Shown: piece by piece, positions 59,453-64,000 of the stretch
Numbering within the stretch: position 1 is the stretch's first letter
Layout: each line of letters begins with the position of its first letter
DNA from: the human T2T-CHM13v2.0 reference genome, Homo sapiens
Assembly (NCBI RefSeq): GCF_009914755.1
Contig: NC_060930.1
Strand: one strand, 5' to 3'
Length of the DNA stretch: 64,000 nucleotides
Program-made: the position numbers and the translations under genes
Notes under the pieces: generated by a model
What the model was told of the DNA's origin: nothing
What the model saw: the letters and a program-made list of their open reading frames with translations, nothing else
The model's database searches: none

Positions 59453-59525
59453 ATGCTGAGGTCTGTATGGAATTTTCTGAAACGCCACAAAAAGAAATGC
59501 ATCTTCCTGGGCACGGTCCTTGGAG
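59453..59525 (+). CDS. PEX3: PEX3 coding exon 1 (MLRSVWNFLKRHKKKCIFLGTVLG-G); gene continues beyond the window
   Basis: AAAGATGC start; basic KRHKKK cluster followed by the start of the TM helix, as in PEX3; G|GTGGGT donor after 73 nt. Confidence 0.96.
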
Positions 59526-60463
59526 GTGGGTGACAACGTGCTTGAAAGGGGGCATTGGGAGAAGGGGGTGGGAGAGGTGACTTCTTCTAAAATAAGGACA
59601 GGCCGGGCGATCCTAGTCTGGGATATGTAGAGGGAGTTCGATCAACCATGGGATGAAAAGGGAGGTGGCCAACCTCCAGGGTTCTCCCATCTCTGCAGTT
59701 GAGAAATGCCTCTGTGCCCTTTGCCCTGTCACCGACTCTTAACTCTGTTTCTCACCTATCCTTTTTTCTCACGGACCTTTGGAGAACTCATCACAGTTTA
59801 AGTTTCTGTTTCAAGGCACCATTCTCTTACAGGAACTTTTTAAAAAAAATTCTGCTTTCCTGTGAGATTCTGCATTTCTCCTTGGCACTCTTGATACTTT
59901 GGCTCTCACCCTTCTCAGGAGTTTAATAATAATCTAGGGAAGTTACCTATAGGCTGCACTTCGGGTGGTGGTTAAAGTCGATTTGAATTTTTGAAAACAG
60001 CGCAGTTGTCCTAAAGGACTGAAAGATATGGATTAGATAAAGAAAAACAAATCAATATTTTAGCTCTGTTTCTGCCATTTTAGAATACAAACTATGGCAG
60101 TAAGAAAAATGCTTGAGGGATGTTGTGCAATCTTCCTCAGGATCTTCAAGGTTGGGATCATTGTAATCTAGCTGACATAACTGAGTTGCACAGGCCCAGA
60201 GGAGATTTAGAAACAGATAAGATAAAAATCTTGAGACGCTTTTCCCTCATACAATGCTCATGTGATAATATTCAGGGATTTGAAGGAGGGAATAAAAGTT
60301 TTGTGAATTATATGAAAAGGACATCTAGGAACTATAAAAGAGGAAATTTGTTAGAACTTGAGTTTTTGAGAAATAGTCTCATCACTTATTACATGCTATG
60401 TTTACAAAAGTACTTAAAATCAAGAACAGAGTTTCCCAAAGAATTTGGTTGGCTTTTCTCTTA

Positions 60464-60555
60464 GTATTAGATTGTATTCTGTTCTCCCCAAACAATTTGA
60501 AATTAACAGTACGTATTAGATTGTATTCTGTTCTCCCCAAACAATTTGCAATTAA
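60464..60555 (+). repeat. Tandem duplication, period 49
   Basis: GTATTAGATTGTATTCTGTTCTCCCCAAACAATTTG(A/C)AATTAA at 60464 and 60513. Confidence 0.9.
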
Positions 60556-61904
60556 TACCTTTAGCATCAATAGTTCAGATTTTGGTGATGCTTGAAAGTT
60601 TGAAACAGAGTTCTTGTTGCTGAGCCAAGGATGGTGTTTTGCATGTCTCTGAGGTCTATCACACATCAATAATAAGCATATGTAAATTTTGAACACCTTC
60701 GAGAAATCCTTTATATATAAAAGGTATTTTCTGATATCTTCAGTCGCTAGTATCTAATGTATATTTAAATTATCCTAAGACTACAGAGTCCATTTTATTT
60801 ATAAAAGCTAAAAATATATGTGTGATTGAAGAAATACAAATAAAGTATTTTTGCGTTTACTGAAGGAAGGAAAATTATCTCTTTAGCGATCTCAGAAGGA
60901 ATACTCCTTCAGCTTATGGAACAACTTTGTAGTAGATTAGAAATAATCACAGGGGAAGCAAAAGAGTATACTTAAACTTATAATTTTTTTAAAAAACTAA
61001 CAAGAGCTTTATAGTTACAGAATAAGAGGAATGCAAAAAATAGAAAAGTTCAGACGGCCAGAAAGAGAAAATAATCCTAGTGTTTTATATCAAAAAAGGA
61101 GTCAGTCTGAAAAGAAAGGAAGAGTAGATGACCGTGGTTGGCATTTGTTTGAGTCTCATGTTCTTTCTGCTTCAGGGAGAAAGTTCTACAGTGTGTTAGA
61201 TTTTAATTAGTCTAACTTAAGAAATACCTATCAAGTGCCTGTAATGCTGAAGGTAATATAAATGGAAATACAAGATTTATATATTTTTAATAGTAACAGC
61301 TACTATTTATTGGGTGCCCACTTTACGCTGGGCATTGTGCTAAGCTCTTCCTATTTAAGCAGAATGACAAGAAGACAATTATTATTATCCCCATTCAAAA
61401 ATGTGGCAGCAAGAACCCTAAGAATTTAAGAAACTTGCCTCAGGTCTCAGAATTAGTGAAGGGGAACTGGAATTCAAACCCAGGTGTGTTGGACCACAAA
61501 GCACATTCTATTTCCATATTATATCACTGTGCTTTCATGGCCTTTATAGTCTGATAGGAAGGAAAAGCAAGTATACATGTAATTAAGATACAGAAAAACA
61601 AGAGAGGTGAAAAAATGCTGTACAGATCACACTGGCAAGTAGCATATGCAGTTGTGAAAAATCAGGAAGAATTTCATGGAAGAAGAGACACATTTTGACA
61701 GGCTTGAAAGCTGGGTAGTATATCAACAGGCATGCGCAGAGAAGTTTGGGCATTCAATAGTGGGGGAAGTAAGTAAGTAAAACCTTGAGTAGCAGGCCTT
61801 CTTAAGTAACAATTTCTGTTTCCTCAGATTTTGGGTGGGTAACTAATTGGTTTACGCGTTTGTATAATTTGACCAGTTTGGGGGGTTTGGGTGTGTTCGG
61901 GTTT

Positions 61905-62287
61905 TGTGTTTTTTTGTTTTTTTGTTTTTCAGACAGGATCTTGCTCTGTTACCCACGCTAGAATACAATGGTGTGATCGTAGCTCACTGCAGCCTTGTTT
62001 TCTCCTTTGCTAGCTTTACAATGTAAGGCAAGTAGAAAGGCTTCCTTATGAAGATTTGCCTGACATCTTCACACTTTCCTCACTCATGCGATCCTCTCAC
62101 CTCAGCCTCCCAAGTAGCTAGGACCACAGGTGTGCACCATCATGCTTGGCTAATTTTTAATTATTTTGTAGAGACAGGGGTCTCACTACATTGCTCAGAC
62201 TGGTCTTGAACTCCTGGCCTCAAGCAATCGTCCTGCCTCAGCCTCCTAAAGTGCTGGAATTACAGGCATGAGCCACTGAGCCTGGCA
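61905..62287 (-). mobile_element. AluJ in PEX3 intron 1 containing an ~85-bp non-Alu insert
   Basis: Alu sequence breaks at CTGCAGCCTTG and resumes at CTCATGCGATCCTC. Confidence 0.85.
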
Positions 62288-62321
62288 TAATTTGACCAGT
62301 TTGTGAAAAGACTAGAGAATT

Positions 62322-62785
62322 GACTCCCAAACTTTTTGATCTAAGGTCTCCTTTACACTCTGAAAAATTAAGGACCCTCAAAAGCTTTCTAAATTTTATA
62401 TCTATTAATAGTTATGATATTCAAAATTAAAATGAAATTTTTTTAAAATATTAATTCATTTTAAAATAATAAACCTATTACATATTAACATACATAACAT
62501 TTTCAAAAAATTAATGAGTGTCATTGTTTTACATTTTGCAAATCTTTTTAATGTTTGGCTTAATTGAAGAAAGCTGGATTCTCATCTCTTTCTATATTCT
62601 GTCAGTTGTGGTATCACACATCATGTAACCTCTCAATTACTCCACTGTATACGCATGAGAGAATGAGAATGAAAAAGGCAAATAACATTTTAGTATTATT
62701 ACGAAAACAGTTTTGATTTTATAGACTCCCTGAAATGGTCTTAAAGACCCCAGGGGTGCCCATGCCACACTTTGAGAACCATTGC
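62322..62785. mobile_element. Charlie1-family hAT deletion derivative
   Basis: CAAACTTTTTG.TCT.AGG...CCTTTACACTCT...; end GACCCCAGGGGT..CCACACTTTGAGAACCATTG. Confidence 0.7.
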
Positions 62786-63587
62786 ACTGGAAAAAGTTTT
62801 GGAGAACAGAGAGCAACCAGATTGATATTTATTGACTTACTGGTTTCTGAAAACCTCAGAACATTGACTTGGATTTATACCTTAAATCCTGTAATCTCTG
62901 GCTTCACATTTTTTATTCATTCATTCATTCATTCTGTCATTGAACAAACATTTGAATGAGAGTAAGTGACTGATCTCACTGTACTTTACTCTGGAAATAC
63001 AAAGGAATAAGACAGATCCTGACTTTGAACTCATGGTACAGAAATGGAAATAAAAGTAGTATGATAGTATAGTACAAAAATAGAGCAGGGTGTTGTGGGA
63101 GCATTGATGAGAAGAAAGTGTGAAGATGTCAGGCAAAGCTCCATAAGGAAGAATTTCTGCTTAAGTTGTAGAGCTAGCAAAGGAGAAAGGACACAGAAGG
63201 AAAAAGAGCAATTCAAGAGGTTCAGCAACATTGCTTTTTATGAATGAAACTGTATTTCACTATGGCTATGCAAATGAGAAGTGGCAAAAGATTAACTTGG
63301 AAAAGTAGCTAGAGTACAGATTGTGAAGGGCCTTATGAAGCCATTCTACATAATTTGGACATTATCCTTTGTATTGGTGCTTGCTAGAGTTTACTATGGA
63401 TAAAAAAATCACTTAGGGAGCTTAATAAAACATAGGATCCTTTATTCCAGATTCTGATTCTTTAGGTTTAGAGTGCAGTTCAAGAATTCCTTAATTCAGC
63501 AAATATTTATTGCGTTCTGAGTCCCAGTCAGAGTTTATGTACTGGGGATGCAGCATCATGCAAGATAAGACATTTGGGGGTATTTTC

Positions 63588-63763
63588 TTTTCTTTTCTTT
63601 TCTTTTCTTTTCTTTTGAGACGGAGTCTTGCTCTGTCGCCCAGGCTCGAGTGCAGTGGCTCGATCTCGGCTCACGGCAAGCTCCGCCTCCTGGGTTCACG
63701 CCATTCTCCTGCCTCAGCCTCTTGAGTAGCTGGGACTGCAGGCGCCCGCCACCACGCCCGGCT

Positions 63764-63796
<33 letters not shown>

Positions 63797-63921
63797 TATT
63801 TTTAGTAGAGACGGGGTTTCACCATGTTAGCTAGGATGGTCTCGATTTCCTGACCTCGTGATCCGCCCACCTCGGCCTCCCAAAGTGCTGGGATTACAGG
63901 CATGAGCCACCGCGCCCTGCC
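63588..63921 (-). mobile_element. AluY with expanded middle T30
   Basis: Young CpG-rich antisense Alu; TSD CATTT(G/A)GGGGTATTTTC. Confidence 0.93.
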
Positions 63922-64000
63922 CATTTAGGGGTATTTTCAAGGAGTGTCTTTAAAGGCTACATTTTTAATTGTCCCAAGTGATTCTAATGTAAGTGGAACA

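Noticed and set aside
60464-60555. Repeat-spacer-repeat resembling a CRISPR unit
   Set aside because: Only two copies with a 6-nt gap in human intronic DNA and no cas genes; a simple tandem duplication

Overview
Human (primate) genomic DNA, recognisable as the ADAT2/PEX3 locus (6q24, from gene recognition). About 1-31 kb is intergenic and mostly transposon debris: Alu, MIR, L1/L2, MaLR/ERV1 LTRs and hAT/Tigger DNA elements. The complete six-exon ADAT2 gene (tRNA A34 deaminase catalytic subunit, 191 aa, 576-nt CDS rebuilt exon by exon) is on the minus strand from a CpG island at ~59.1 kb, with a long TE-rich 3'UTR to an AATAAA at ~31.26 kb. PEX3 exon 1 starts head-to-head on the plus strand (ATG 59453). 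ADAT2 introns hold a 5'-truncated beta-tubulin retrocopy, a 5S rRNA pseudogene and a truncated L1PA. I found no convincing new coding system. The most notable signals: (1) ADAT2 intron 3 is a minor-spliceosome (U12) intron with unusual GT-AT termini; (2) several inverted-copy, template-switch-like scars lie within ~6 kb of the bidirectional promoter, including a perfect 31-bp-arm hairpin and an inverted repeat enclosing the 5S pseudogene; (3) an L1 with an apparent 3' transduction; (4) a tubulin retrocopy with a stop-free frame and mixed TUBB4B/TUBB8 features. Repeat subfamily names come from remembered consensus sequences and are approximate.
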